A stretch of DNA of 63,911 nt, counting the filler, from Octopus bimaculoides (Eukaryota), in assembly GCF_001194135.2 (NCBI RefSeq). It is 9 parts of 9 records of this genome, joined end to end, with 100 filler letters (N's around TTAATTAATTAA, not from the genome) between each part and the next. Parts side by side here need not be neighbours in the genome. Positions count along the whole stretch, not along the records: positions 12,338 to 17,937 come from NC_068984.1; positions 18,038 to 25,202 come from NC_068982.1; positions 25,303 to 33,149 come from NC_068988.1; 6 more parts are not named here. The stretch is one strand, 5' to 3'. The translations under genes and the position numbers were made by a program. Positions 12,533 to 26,633 of the stretch are shown piece after piece (position 1 is the stretch's first letter; each line of letters opens with the position of its first letter). The notes under the pieces were generated by a model, which had not been told where the DNA came from, searched no databases, and saw only the letters and a list, made by a program, of their open reading frames with translations.

Positions 12533-12905
12533 TTGTTGTATTTCGGAAGGGTCATTTTTTTTTTGCCAAATAAACACACACATATATTCGTTCTTCACTA
12601 GTTTATTACTGTTCTTGTTTTAACTCAAGTACATTGTCCGGAAATCTTTCATCACACATCTGTGACCTCTTCAGCGACAGTTTCCGTCCTCGTGTGTGCT
12701 CCTGCTCCACTTAGAGGTCACAGATGTGTGAACGCAGAGCAGGAAACTGTCACTGAAGAGGTCACATATGTGTGACAAAAGATTTCTGGACAATGGACAT
12801 AAGATAAAATAAGAACAGTAATAAACGAGTGAAGAACGAATATATTGTGCGTGTGCTTATTTGGCAAAAAAAATAAATAAAAATTACCATCACGAAATAC
12901 AACAA
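12533..12905. mobile_element. Foldback/MITE-like palindrome
   Basis: Arms 12533-12685 and 12742-12905 are diverged reverse complements. Confidence 0.8.
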
Positions 12906-13342
12906 TATTTGTCTCAACACACGGTTTCACATCAGGATTCTTGCAACACAGATTCATGAACGTAAATCATGTTTAAATTTTTAAAATAAGGGGAAAATAG
13001 TTTTATTCTATGTATCTATATGTATGAAAATAAAGATATAAAAACGTTTTCACAAAATGAATGTTTACGTATTATAGTTTAATTGAAAATAAATTGTACG
13101 TATTCACAAGGTAAGTTTAATAAATGTAGCACAAGTGAAAAGGAGAGAAGGAAAAGGGGGGTCACATGATACTTCGAGTCTTTTGTATAGAAAAACCTAT
13201 TAGGGTATACATTCTTGTGTGTGCTGCGGCTAAGTGGTTTTGTAATAAAAGAAAAAATGTCCTATTTAACTGACCAGAAACCTGTTTACGCTGATATTCA
13301 GCTTTTCAAAATTTTGTGTACTTTTTTCATATGCAAAAAGTT

Positions 13343-13437
<95 letters not shown>

Positions 13438-13759
13438 GTATGTGTTCTATTAAAGCGATAATCTTAGAACTTAGAAATGTTACAATATCGAAGTACCAAA
13501 TCTTACTAACTTCATTAAATTACACAAACCAAGCTGCAATCCAGTATGTGAATGTTCAATCCTGTAGAAATAGCATCCAAATCCTCCTCAAATTACTTCC
13601 ACGAACTTAAAAAGTAGAACAAGAAATGCATGTGTCCCAAATTCATAATACTTCAAAAACAAGATGGGACGATTAGATTGGGTCATAGATCTGTCTGCTC
13701 AGTCATGGGTGAGTTGGTAGGTGCACCACCACTGCTGCATCAAACATTATATGCATTGG

Positions 13760-13946
13760 TTTCAAATTTTGGCACAAAGCCAGTAATTTCAAGGGAGGGT
13801 TTAAGACGATTACATCGATCTCAGTATTCAGCTGGTACTTATTTTCTTTTCCATTCTAGGCACAAGGCCCGAAATGTTTTGGTGGGGAGGGAGCCAGTCG
13901 ATTAGATCGACCCCAGTACGCAACTGGTACTTCTTTTATCGAACCC
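13760..13946 (-). mobile_element. Two partial 3' ends of SINE family A
   Basis: GGCACAAG..C..AATTT and GTCGATTAGATCGACCCCAGTACGCAACTGGTACTT blocks. Confidence 0.8.
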
Positions 13947-15006
13947 TGCATGTACAATCATTTCTATTGTACATTTAAGCTGCATTTATAAATTTACAAC
14001 TACTCTGACATGGAATAAAAATACATTTTTATTAATTAATTAGGTAGTTGATTAATTAATCAATCAACTAATTAATTCATTACAGGGTGGTAACTGTCAG
14101 AATTAGTTGAGAGATAAACCAAATGTTTAACGGTAAATACGTTCCGAGTTCAGATAACGGCGTCGTTGACTTTACATCCATGGTAGCTGGTTGTAGGAGT
14201 GATGGTGGTGCTGATGGTGCTGGTAGTGCTGGTCGGGGGTGATGTTTTAGGTGATCGTGGCGGTTGTGGTAGAGGTGGTGGTGGTGGTGGTGGTGNNNNN
14301 NNNNNNNNNNNNNNNNNNNNNNNNNNNNNNNNNNNNNNNNNNNNNNNNNNNNNNNNNNNNNNNNNNNNNNNNNNNNNNNNNNNNNNNNNNNNNNNNNNNN
14401 NNNNNNNNNNNNNNNNNNNNNNNNNNNNNNNNNNNNNNNNNNNNNNNNNNNNNNNNNNNNNNNNNNNNNNNNNNNNNNNNNNNNNNNNNNNNNNNNNNNN
14501 NNNNNNNNNNNNNNNNNNNNNNNNNNNNNNNNNNNNNNNNNNNNNNNNNNNNNNNNNNNNNNNNNNNNNNNNNNNNNNNNNNNNNNNNNNNNNNNNNNNN
14601 NNNNNNNNNNNNNNNNNNNNGTGGTGGTGGTGGTGGTGGTGGTGGTGGTGCTGCTGCTGCTGCTGGTGCTGGTGGTGCTGGTGACGGTGCTATAATAGTG
14701 ATGGAAGATGTCACAGTAAGGAAAAATTGAATAGCTCTTTGTGAGGTTTGGGTTGTGGAGTAGAAATTGTGCAAGGTGTGCAGTGAATGCGTCATTGATG
14801 CATGCAGCAAATACTGCAGAGCGATAGTCGAACACACGGGATGCATTGTGCACTTGGCAGCAAAGAGGTACATAGGTGGGAAGGGACAGGAGTGCTTCTG
14901 TACTGTGACAAACAAGGAGGGAGATAGTGAGAAACAGAGAGATAAATAGTATAGTCAATTATGCGGGTATATATGTATATATGCATGTTGTATACACACA
15001 CACACA

Positions 15007-15111
<105 letters not shown>

Positions 15112-15215
15112 GCATACACACACATGTATGTGTGCATGTGTGTGTTGTAATACGCCTACATTTCTTTTGGTACAATATACACTTGCAAGAAGACTCGTAG
15201 ATGTATTTGTGTGCT

Positions 15216-15265
<50 letters not shown>

Positions 15266-15339
15266 ACTCACTCTCTCCCTCTCACTCTCTTTTTTTTTCT
15301 CTCTCTCTCTGTAGTTACTTAGTGCCATTGTTTCACATT

Positions 15340-15975
15340 AATAACATACATGAATCTTTCACTAACTATTACGGAAGTTCACCGGAGATCAATGTGTCCG
15401 ATAGATCTTCGCCAATTTCTGACCCTCAGCTATACGGTATTCATATCCACTCTCCTCGTGTTACGTTTAAGGGCATTCTCGTATCTTAATCGGACTCTAC
15501 TCCAATAACTGACGTTTGTCACTCCATAGCTGCAAGCAGAATATTTATCTTGACAACCGAAAATCCTCAATTCTTTCGTCATATAAAACCTGTGACGATT
15601 TCCTTGTAGCAATATCTTCGCCATGCTCTACAGCTGTATTAAGTGTCTCATAAACGCATGTTCTTTTTTGTTCTCTAGTTTGCGGCATAGCATCTAGCTG
15701 AAGAAGATGGAACTGAAGAGTCCTCATCCGTCTTTAAGACTAGCAAGTTATTGCAATCGACAGTTCAATTACATTTTGTCCACCACTTCCGACCGACTCA
15801 TCTCTCCTCTTTCCACCATTCCTTTCATTTCCAACGCATATGCCCCTTCATTAGTTACAACACCCGTTCCTACCTTCCCAGAACGTCAGCCCTCTGGAAT
15901 CCTGTCTTGGTTCATGTGTTTCCTCTAGATGTTGACTTGCGAAGGTTCATGAGTAACATTAATGGCATCAGTCTC
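15340..15975 (+). mobile_element. Degenerate non-LTR retrotransposon (CR1/L2-type) ORF2 C-terminal fragment
   Basis: ..SYNTRSYLPRTSALWN..VFPLDVDLRRFMSNIN resembles the FFPRT..LWN.LP..VFP..L..FK..IN tail motif. Confidence 0.55.
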
Positions 15976-16405
15976 TTGTTAGTTGTACTGTTACACTCTT
16001 CTCTTGGTTCTCTGAGTTCAACAGAGTATGATCGAGTCTTGAGAACCTGAAAACAGTTCTGGTGAGCTCGATGGTATTGCTAAAACTGTGAAGCAAGAAT
16101 GGTTTTGTAAATCCACCAGAATAAAATAGTAATCAAAGCGATCCAATCCAGAGATGAAAAATGGTTGAGAAACATTGTTCTAATAAAACTCCTCTTTTAC
16201 ATTTCAAGGTTAACCTCGTAGGAGTGCGAGCACTGATTAAATTGCATAGCATACCATTCCCACATGAACTTTCAAACCCATAATTCAGTCACTAACAGTA
16301 GGTGGTTCTGGGTTAATTTGGCCATAATGCAGCAATTTATTATTGTATGATTATGCTCTACAACTGTACCGAGTGTCTCATTATAAATGCACTTATTTTA
16401 TTTTA

Positions 16406-16567
16406 GGCACTGGTGTAGCTGTATGGTCAAAAAGTTTGTGTCCCAATCGCATGGCTCCGGGTTCAGTCCCACTTCGTGGCACTTTGGGCAAGTGTCTTCA
16501 ACTAAAGCCTCGGGTCGACCAATGCCTTGTGAGTGGATTTGATAGGCAGAAATTGAGAAGAAGCCCA

Positions 16568-16606
<39 letters not shown>
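16406..16606 (+). mobile_element. SINE family B 5' half (tRNA head, CORE-like block, internal (TG)n running into a gap)
   Basis: A-box-like TAGCTGTATGG, B-box-like GGTTCAGTCCC, then CTTTGGGCAAGTGTCTTC. Confidence 0.85.
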
Positions 16607-17902
16607 NNNNNNNNNNNNNNNNNNNNNNNNNNNNNNNNNNNNNNNNNNNNNNNNNNNNNNNNNNNNNNNNNNNNNNNNNNNNNNNNNNNNNNNNNNNNNN
16701 NNNNNNNNNNNNNNNNNNNNNNNNNNNNNNNNNNNNNNNNNNNNNNNNNNNNNNNNNNNNNNNNNNNNNNNNNNNNNNNNNNNNNNNNNNNNNNNNNNNN
16801 NNNNNNNNNNNNNNNNNNNNNNNNNNNNNNNNNNNNNNNNNNNNNNNNNNNNNNNNNNNNNNNNNNNNNNNNNNNNNNNNNNNNNNNNNNNNNNNNNNNN
16901 NNNNNNNNNNNNNNNNNNNNNNNNNNNNNNNNNNNNNNNNNNNNNNNNNNNNNNNNNNNNNNNNNNNNNNNNNNNNNNNNNNNNNNNNNNNNNNNNNNNN
17001 NNNNNNNNNNNNNNNNNNNNNNNNNNNNNNNNNNNNNNNNNNNNNNNNNNNNNNNNNNNNNNNNNNNNNNNNNNNNNNNNNNNNNNNNNNNNNNNNNNNN
17101 NNNNNNNNNNNNNNNNNNNNNNNNNNNNNNNNNNNNNNNNNNNNNNNNNNNNNNNNNNNNNNNNNNNNNNNNNNNNNNNNNNNNNNNNNNNNNNNNNNNN
17201 NNNNNNNNNNNNNNNNNNNNNNNNNNNNNNNNNNNNNNNNNNNNNNNNNNNNNNNNNNNNNNNNNNNNNNNNNNNNNNNNNNNNNNNNNNNNNNNNNNNN
17301 NNNNNNNNNNNNNNNNNNNNNNNNNNNNNNNNNNNNNNNNNNNNNNNNNNNNNNNNNNNNNNNNNNNNNNNNNNNNNNNNNNNNNNAAAGCCACGAACAT
17401 ACTTCACCTGTCCGTTCGAACCGAGTTTCCTGTCTAGCGACGTTCTAACATTTCACTGAGCTACATGAAATAATACCTCTCTTTTTTCTTTTTTTTTTTT
17501 CTTCTTTTTTTAATTGCTACTAGTAGGAGAGACCTCCAACAGGATTTTTCGTAAGCCGAGCAGCAATCGAAAGAGTATACTTTTTACTTCCTGATGTTAT
17601 TTCATAAGACCGCTTGCAAACGATTAAGTGGCGCGAGCTTTTGCACTTACTTGTAGACCTCTCTCAGTCAGCTGTAGTATAGAAAGCAGATAAAGACAGA
17701 TTAAAATATACTGAATTTTACAGTCGGTGCAACAGCTGGCCTGTAGAATGCACCTTGTACCCAAATCACACTCCGTATTAAGGAAGCTTGGTGGTGATGA
17801 CACCGGTTTAATCGTCGATCATGCATACGTTGAACTGGTTCATATGATCTATCTATCTGTCTCTTGTCTCTCTGTCTCTCTATTTGACTATTTGTCTGTC
17901 TG

Positions 17903-17937
<35 letters not shown>

Positions 17938-18048
17938 NNNNNNNNNNNNNNNNNNNNNNNNNNNNNNNNNNNNNNNNNNNNTTAATTAATTAANNNNNNN
18001 NNNNNNNNNNNNNNNNNNNNNNNNNNNNNNNNNNNNNACATACACACA

Positions 18049-18262
18049 CGAGGAGTTGCTGAAAATTTCCTGGCTTGAAGGGCATCACGAAAGGCCTGGC
18101 TGGAGGCCCAAAGTTCCGAGTTCTTTTACAAGGCTTAGAAAAACTAAAGGACCACTGCAATCTGTGTAAATCTGAGAGGGGAATATGTGGAATAAAATTA
18201 TGATTAGCTGATCCTCCTATAGTTTATTTTGCTTAAAGCCAGGAACTTTTCAGCACTCCGTC

Positions 18263-18263
<1 letters not shown>
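18049..18263 (+). mobile_element. ~210-bp mariner-derived MITE
   Basis: TIRs CGAGGAGTTGCTGAAAATTTCCTGGCTT and AAGCCAGGAACTTTTCAGCACTCCGTCG|TA; second copy at 31169-31373. Confidence 0.85.
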
Positions 18264-18297
<34 letters not shown>

Positions 18298-19350
18298 TGT
18301 ATGTAAATACGTACGAATATGCACGCAGATTCGTGTGTGGTAGTCTAACCTTATTCCATCGTCAATGTTTTGAAAAAAGGATAATGAAGGGAAGATGTAT
18401 AGTGAACTTCTCCCATGGAACAGTTCTGGGAATATTTTGAATTCTGCCTTCTCTCCAAATGATAATATATTTCGATGGTATTCCTCCCCATCATCTCCGC
18501 CTCTTTGTCTCACGCTTGAACACTGTCGTCTTGTGTTCTTACTGGTTTTACTCTCAGCACAAAATACGAGTAGAATACAGTCACAATGAACGATTAGTTC
18601 ATGAAGTATAAATGTTGGGGTGAAGAACACTAGTAAATTCAAATAATGAATTGGAAAAACCGAAAGCAATAAAAGAAAACAATGTAAAATTTATAAATGT
18701 AAAAGAAAATTAAATGATAATGGATAGATTGAATGACTGCCAGAAAGAAAGGGAGAAATAATGGGAGAATTAAAGCAGGAAAGAAGGGAATGGTGAAAAG
18801 AAAGATAGATGGAAAGAAAGATAGAACTTCAGAAATACTGGAAGGGGTTGTATGTATGTGTTTGTTTGTGCGTGTGTGTGTGTGTGTGCGCGTGTATGTG
18901 TGTGTCTGAATGCGTGTGTAAATTCATATGGCTGTGTGAATGTTTGTGTGTGTTTTGTATATATATATATATGCGTGTGTGTGTATTTATGTGTGTCTGT
19001 GTGAAAGCGGGTACGTGTGATTAGATGGCTGTGTAGTATTTGTGTTTGAATGCGTGTGTGGTTAGAGAGAGAGGGAGAGAGAGAGACAATGAGAAAGAGA
19101 GACAGGAAGAGAGAAAGGGGGAGAGAGGGAGAAAGGGGGAGAAAGAGAAAGAAGGGGAAAAGAGACAAAGAAGTATGGAAAAGGTTTCGCAAAGGAATAG
19201 ATTTTTTCCTTTTTGCTTGAGCTGGAATTGAACAAATAACGAACAAAAAAGCGGTGTGTATTTGATGTTTTTTTTATGTATGTGTGTATTTGATGTTTTT
19301 TTTATGTATGTGTGTATATGAGCGTAGTGTATGTACGTGCGTGTATATGT

Positions 19351-19434
<84 letters not shown>

Positions 19435-19821
19435 GATATAGAGTAAGAGAGAGGGAGAGAGACAGACAGACAGACAGAGATAAAGAGTAAGAGAGAGTTT
19501 GGATGAGAGGGAAAGAGAGAGAGAGAGAAAGGGAGAATGAAAGAAAGACGGACAAATATAGAGAAAGTATGGGAGGAGAAAATGGAAGCGAAAATCCAAT
19601 CGAAGACGTAAGGAAAATTGACGGGTAAGAAATAGGAAAGAAATAAGAAAACAAGTGTGTAATAGAAAAACAAAAGCGGGATGATTGATATATAAATATA
19701 TACATATACATACTTACATACATACATACATACGTACATACATACATACATACATATATATATGTGTGTGTGTGTATGTGTATATATATATATATATATA
19801 TTTATGTGTTTATGTCTGTGT

Positions 19822-19983
19822 TTATCCCTCTACCATCGCTTCATCACCGATCTTGGTGTGTTTACGGCCACGTAACTTAGGAGTTCGGACAAAAGTGACC
19901 GATAGAATAAGTACCAGGTTTACAAAGAATAAGTCCAACATGACCGTAGCCAAAATGACTGAAACAAATAAAAGCATAAAAGA
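19822..19983 (+). mobile_element. SINE family B 3' half with internal deletion
   Basis: GGTGTGTTTACG..CACGTAACTTAG.GTTCGG..ACCGATAGAATAAGTACCAGG..TACAAAGAATAAGTCC..AAATGACTGAAACAA. Confidence 0.8.
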
Positions 19984-20018
<35 letters not shown>

Positions 20019-20778
20019 TATATNNNNNNNNNNNNNNNNNNNNNNNNNNNNNNNNNNNNNNNNNNNNNNNNNNNNNNNNNNNNNNNNNNNNNNNNNNNNN
20101 NNNNNNNNNNNNNNNNNNNNNNNNNNNNNNNNNNNNNNNNNNNNNNNNNNNNNNNNNNNNNNNNNNNNNNNNNNNNNNNNNNNNNNNNNNNNNNNNNNNN
20201 NNNNNNNNNNNNNNNNNNNNNNNNNNNNNNNNNNNNNNNNNNNNNNNNNNNNNNNNNNNNNNNNNNNNNNNNNNNNNNNNNNNNNNNNNNNNNNNNNNNN
20301 NNNNNNNNNNNNNNNNNNNNNNNNNNNNNNNNNNNNNNNNNNNNNNNNNNNNNNNNNNNNNNNNNNNNNNNNNNNNNNNNNNNNNNNNNNNNNNNNNNNN
20401 NNNNNNNNNNNNNNNNNNNNNNNNNNNNNNNNNNNNNNNNNNNNNNNNNNNNNNNNNNNNNNNNNNNNNNNNNNNNNNNNNNNNNNNNNNNNNNNNNNNN
20501 NNNNNNNNNNNNNNNNNNNNNNNNNNNNNNNNNNNNNNNNNNNNNNNNNNNNNNNNNNNNNNNNNNNNNNNNNNNNNNNNNNNNNNNNNNNNNNNNNNNN
20601 NNNNNNNNNNNNNNNNNNNNNNNNNNNNNNNNNNNNNNNNNNNNNNNNNCACACACACACACACACACACACACACATAACAAACACACATTCAACAAAC
20701 ACCTCCACATACTTCCGTACACATGCGTATGAGTGTCTATGTGTATATTTGCGCATGGGTAGTTCAGTTACCATTTAG

Positions 20779-20829
<51 letters not shown>

Positions 20830-21390
20830 CATAGCAAAAGCAAAAGTTTTAGCTAACACCACACACATACATACGCACACAAACACGCTCACAAACACAT
20901 AAATGCACAAACACGCACACATATACACACACACACGCACGCATATGCATAAATATACATACGCGTGTACACACATGTATGCATAATGTAATGGAGATAT
21001 ATCGTACAGTGTAATAATTCCTTACAAGAACTATCTTGATGGTATATTAAGAATACTCATTTAGAACACTGCTGCATTATGTGATTATTACAATACGATA
21101 CGTAAGTGTATTCAGCTTGGATATGAATGACCACAGGCTCATTTTGATACCGTCACATCAATGACACTGCAGTGCATTGAACAAAAGCTAAAGAGAAAAT
21201 ACAGAAAGACTAGAAAATGAAACAGAAAGAAATCAAATAGAACAACCAAGACGCACAAACGCCAGGAATGGACAGGACATTGCGTGAGTATATATGTGTC
21301 TTTCTCATTCATAATATTTGATAGTACAGGTATATTGTATTAATAGTTGTAATGTAAAGTAGTTGTAGTAGTAATAGTAGTGGCAGTAGC

Positions 21391-21442
<52 letters not shown>

Positions 21443-22005
21443 ACAGTAGTAGTAATAGTAACAGTAACAGCAGTAGTAATGGAGTAGTAGTAGTAGATGC
21501 AGAAATGGTAATAGGGATGGTAGTAGTAGTAGTAGTGGTAGTAGTAGCAGCAGCAGCAGCAGTAGCAATAATAGCAGTAGCAGCAGTAGTAGCGGCAGTG
21601 TTCGTGGTGGTGGTGGTGGTGATGGTGGTGGCGTCGGCGGCGTTGAAGTTACGTGCACAACTTTTAAGGCCTTTGTAAGCAAACGCGAGCAGGCAGCCAT
21701 GCAGGAAGGTATGCAGGCAGCCAGTCAAACTCAAGATCAGTTTTTGAATATTTGTATGGAGCTCAAACTCAATTTAAATGACAGTTGTACGTCACAGGGA
21801 AATGTCAACGTGTGAAGTAGAAATACTGAGTTGGAGTGTTGATCGTCTAGGTGAATAGTAGTGATTCGATGTGCATCCCTATACTACAAAAAAAGAATGT
21901 AGCTTATTAATTAGTGATGAAGGAACTAATAGAAGACACTGGTACTGAATTGATTCTTATACGATCGAGCCCCATTAGAAGGTTGGATAGAACCCGACTT
22001 CACAT

Positions 22006-22058
<53 letters not shown>

Positions 22059-22070
22059 TAATAATAATAA

Positions 22071-22287
22071 TCCATTCTCCTACAGAGACACAAAGCCTGG
22101 ATTTTGTGGAGAGGGGGACAGTCGGTCACATCCACCCCAGTACTCAACTAGTACTTAAAACATCGACCCCGAAAGGGTAAAAGGCAAAGTTGACCTCAGC
22201 AGGATATGAACTCAGGACGTAGCGACAGACGAATTAACGTTAAGCATTTTGCTCGGCGTGCTAGCGATTCTATCAGCTCGCCGCCTT
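22071..22287 (-). mobile_element. SINE family A, full length
   Basis: Minus strand starts GGCGGCGAGCTG, has B-box GTTCATATCC and ends in the (TTA)n tract at ~22007-22070. Confidence 0.9.
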
Positions 22288-22298
22288 AAATAAAAATA

Positions 22299-22360
<62 letters not shown>

Positions 22361-22361
<1 letters not shown>

Positions 22362-22571
22362 TTCTCTACTGAAGGCACAAAGCCTCATATTTGGTGGGAG
22401 AAGACTGGTCGATTTCATCGACTACAGTATTTCTCTGGTACTTAATTTATCGACCCCGAAAGGATGAAAGGCAAAGTCGGCCTCGGCGGATTTGAACTCA
22501 GAACGAAAGGAAGGATGAAATGCCACTAAACATTTTTCCCAGCTTGCTAACGATGCTGCCAGATCGCGGCT
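22361..22571 (-). mobile_element. SINE family A, full length
   Basis: B-box GTTCAAATCC, GCCTTTCATCCTTTCGGGGTCGATAAATTAAGTACC core, (TTA)n tail. Confidence 0.9.
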
Positions 22572-22737
22572 TTAGTAAAAACAACAACGATGACGACAAC
22601 AACAACAACAACAACAACAGTAGCAGCAGCAACGACAATTATGATAATACCTCAGAACATGAAGATATACAAAATGCTGTAAAGCATTTTTTCCGGCGTA
22701 CTAACTATAGTATTATAGTAACAACTATAATAAAAAT

Positions 22738-22924
22738 GGTTTCAAAGTTTGGCACAAGACCAGCAATTTCGTGGAGGGAGTAAGTCGATTACGTTGATTC
22801 CAATACTCAACTGGTACATCTTTTCCTTTCATCGATCCCGAAAGGATGAAAGCCAAAGTCAACTTTGGTGGAATTTGATGTCAGAACGTAAAGACGGACG
22901 AAATACCAATAAGCATCTTGTACG
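22738..22924 (-). mobile_element. SINE family A, older copy
   Basis: Same core; variant tail GGCACAAGACCAGCAATTTC..TTCAAA. Confidence 0.85.
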
Positions 22925-24121
22925 CTCCCCCACCAAAAAGAAGAACACACACAATGTTGCAATCAGCTAAGCAACATGAAGGTACAGCAGATGATGCAGG
23001 AGAAATCTACTTGAAATTACCAAATGTCATTTAATAATCATAATATAAATGATGATGATGTTGACGACAACGACGACGGTGAGGGTGATGATGGTGAGGG
23101 GGCTTTCTTGTCTTCCAAGAAGGGTGACATATGCGGGAGATATTACGAAGACAAATGATAACATTGTATGAATTTGACGAAAGATTCGAAAAACAAAACT
23201 GGAAATTCAAAAGAAAAAAAAAAAGAGAGAAAAAGAAAATGAAAAGAAAAGGGAAATGAAATCAGAGATCTCCAAATCGATTTCATATCGATAGATTAAT
23301 TCCGACAAAAGATTATATCATAACAAAATCCAGAAAATATTGGCATTGAAATAACTAGTATTCGGGTACCCAAAAGCGAAAATGCCTTCCACGGCAATAG
23401 GTAATATACAAAGGATGACATAAGACTTATTTACACGTAAAACAGACTTACAGGACAAACACATCACATATTTATATATATATATNNNNNNNNNNNNNNN
23501 NNNNNNNNNNNNNNNNNNNNNNNNNNNNNNNNNNNNNNNNNNNNNNNNNNNNNNNNNNNNNNNNNNNNNNNNNNNNNNNNNNNNNNNNNNNNNNNNNNNN
23601 NNNNNNNNNNNNNNNNNNNNNNNNNNNNNNNNNNNNNNNNNNNNNNNNNNNNNNNNNNNNNNNNNNNNNNNNNNNNNNNNNNNNNNNNNNNNNNNNNNNN
23701 NNNNNNNNNNNNNNNNNNNNNNNNNNNNNNNNNNNNNNNNNNNNNNNNNNNNNNNNNNNNNNNNNNNNNNNNNNNNNNNNNNNNNNNNNNNNNNNNNNNN
23801 NNNNNNNNNNNNNNNNNNNNNNNNNNNNNNNNNNNNNNNNNNNNNNNNNNNNNNNNNNNNNNNNNNNNNNNNNNNNNNNNNNNNNNNNNNNNNNNNNNNN
23901 NNNNNNNNNNNNNNNNNNNNNNNNNNNNNNNNNNNNNNNNNNNNNNNNNNNNNNNNNNNNNNNNNNNNNNNNNNNNNNNNNNNNNNNNNNNNNNNNNNNN
24001 NNNNNNNNNNNNNNNNNNNNNNNNNNNNNNNNNNNNNNNNNNNNNNNNNNNNNNNNNNNNNNNNNNNNNNNNNNNNNNNNNNNNNNNNNNNNNNNNNNNN
24101 NNNNNNNNNNNNNNNNNNNNN

Positions 24122-24159
<38 letters not shown>

Positions 24160-25150
24160 TAAATTGTGGGACATACACTGTCAAATGATTGACATTAGAT
24201 ACTAAAAATTAATGCTCAGGGAGAAATTGTGCTTAAACGTCAACTTTAAACGTAAGGAATGTGATAACTGCCTAAATCCATATTAGTCATAGGAAATATA
24301 CCGGTCGGGATTCCACGTGTATTACAAGCAGAGCACAGGTATCAAGTCAAATGATAATATATTTATTCCAACATAACATATAAGGATAAAGAGAAACACA
24401 TAACAGAGGTGGACAGAGTTCCGACTATGAAAATGTCTTAATAGTTGGGATATAAACCGGTATATACTTATAGACACACACACACACACACACACACACA
24501 TGCATATATATGAAAATTACAAAGGGTTAACAAGCATTGTAGAAATCCTAGAGTTGGCTGTGATAAGTAAAGTAGTTATTTTAGTGACAAATAACAGTAC
24601 TAATACATAATCCTCTCATTGGCATAAGGTCAAAAGTTGCAGAATCGAGATATATTTATGGTCACCTGAAACTAACTAATATATAGATTATTGGTGCTGA
24701 TTTAACGTATTGAGTCATGAGTGAAGAAACGTTAAGAAACATCTCTCAAGACATATGTAAACGAAGATTAGATAATGCGAAATGAATGCTGAAAAAAAAG
24801 CGCATATATATATATAGGTACATAGGTAGTCAGTGATAGACACATCGGTATATACGTGAAAATTAAATGCACAGGTGACTAGCCACATCATTTTATGTGT
24901 GTATTATATGTCTGTTGTAATTGTATGCGTGCATACACAATTGTTTTACCTGAATTATATTCATAAAAACAACATTGCAGCATATTTCGAAATATTTTCA
25001 TATGTGGAATATTATAATATAAAGTATTATACACGTTCATGTATGCATAAATAATTATATATAGTATATGCATATATATATACATTGATATACACGAATA
25101 TATAAAAAATATATAATTGGAAATATCCAAATGGTGGATATATATATATT

Positions 25151-25202
<52 letters not shown>

Positions 25203-25566
25203 NNNNNNNNNNNNNNNNNNNNNNNNNNNNNNNNNNNNNNNNNNNNTTAATTAATTAANNNNNNNNNNNNNNNNNNNNNNNNNNNNNNNNNNNNNNNNNN
25301 NNTCTTGTTTCTCATGATACGTATATATATGCATACGTATGTATGCATATATATGTATGTATGTATGTATGTATGCATGTATGTATGTATGTATGTATGT
25401 ATGTATGTATGTATGTATGAATATATATATATACACACACATACTTCCATATGTATCCATATATAAACCAATGCATCGATTACACTTAAAGCTAAACACA
25501 CATCAGTTCTATTATCTTACAATCCATAATAGCCCTATACAACTCGCACCTATATATGTGCGTGTT

Positions 25567-25606
<40 letters not shown>

Positions 25607-26592
25607 NNNNNNNNNNTATGAACCCGTATGTGTATGTGTATATGTGTGGATGTACGTATGCATATTGATAGGTATAGGGAGTAAATAAATACGTTTTCTA
25701 ATCCAAATCCAATCTGAACATGTTTTAAGAAGCGCAAAGATGTAACGTATATATATCTTTAGTTTTTTTGTGTTTTTTGTGCACCACGTAAATTTGTTCT
25801 GTAAATATATATAAACATCTATATGCTTATACACGAGTTTTCATCCTCTGAATATTCTCAGTTCTTGTTTCTCATGATACGTATATATATGCATACGTAT
25901 GTATGCATATATATGTATGTATGTATGTATGTATGCATGTATGTATGTATGTATGTATGTATGTATGTATGTATGTATGAATATATATATATACACACAC
26001 ATACTTCCATATGTATCCATATATAAACCAATGCATCGATTACNNNNNNNNNNNNNNNNNNNNNNNNNNNNNNNNNNNNNNNNNNNNNNNNNNNNNNNNN
26101 NNNNNNNNNNNNNNNNNNNNNNNNNNNNNNNNNNNNNNNNNNNNNNNNNNNNNNNNNNNNNNNNNNNNNNNNNNNNNNNNNNNNNNNNNNNNNNNNNNNN
26201 NNNNNNNNNNNNNNNNNNNNNNNNNNNNNNNNNNNNNNNNNNNNNNNNNNNNNNNNNNNNNNNNNNNNNNNNNNNNNNNNNNNNNNNNNNNNNNNNNNNN
26301 NNNNNNNNNNNNNNNNNNNNNNNNNNNNNNNNNNNNNNNNNNNNNNNNNNNNNNNNNNNNNNNNNNNNNNNNNNNNNNNNNNNNNNNNNNNNNNNNNNNN
26401 NNNNNNNNNNNNNNNNNNNNNNNNNNNNNNNNNNNNNNNNNNNNNNNNNNNNNNNNNNNNNNNNNNNNNNNNNNNNNNNNNNNNNNNNNNNNNNNNNNNN
26501 NNNNNNNNNNNNNNNNNNNNNNNNNNNNNNNNNNNNNNNNNNNNNNNNNNNNNNNNNNNNNNNNNNNNNNNNNNNNNNNNNNNNNNNNNNNN

Positions 26593-26633
<41 letters not shown>

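Noticed and set aside
14767-14949. 60-aa Cys-rich ORF
   Set aside because: No recognisable domain, splice context or codon signal; flanked by simple repeats.
21304-21660. Low-complexity protein-coding region (poly-Thr/Ala/Leu)
   Set aside because: Compound TAG/CAG/GGT microsatellite with no exon evidence; same for 14200-14690 and 53080-53210.
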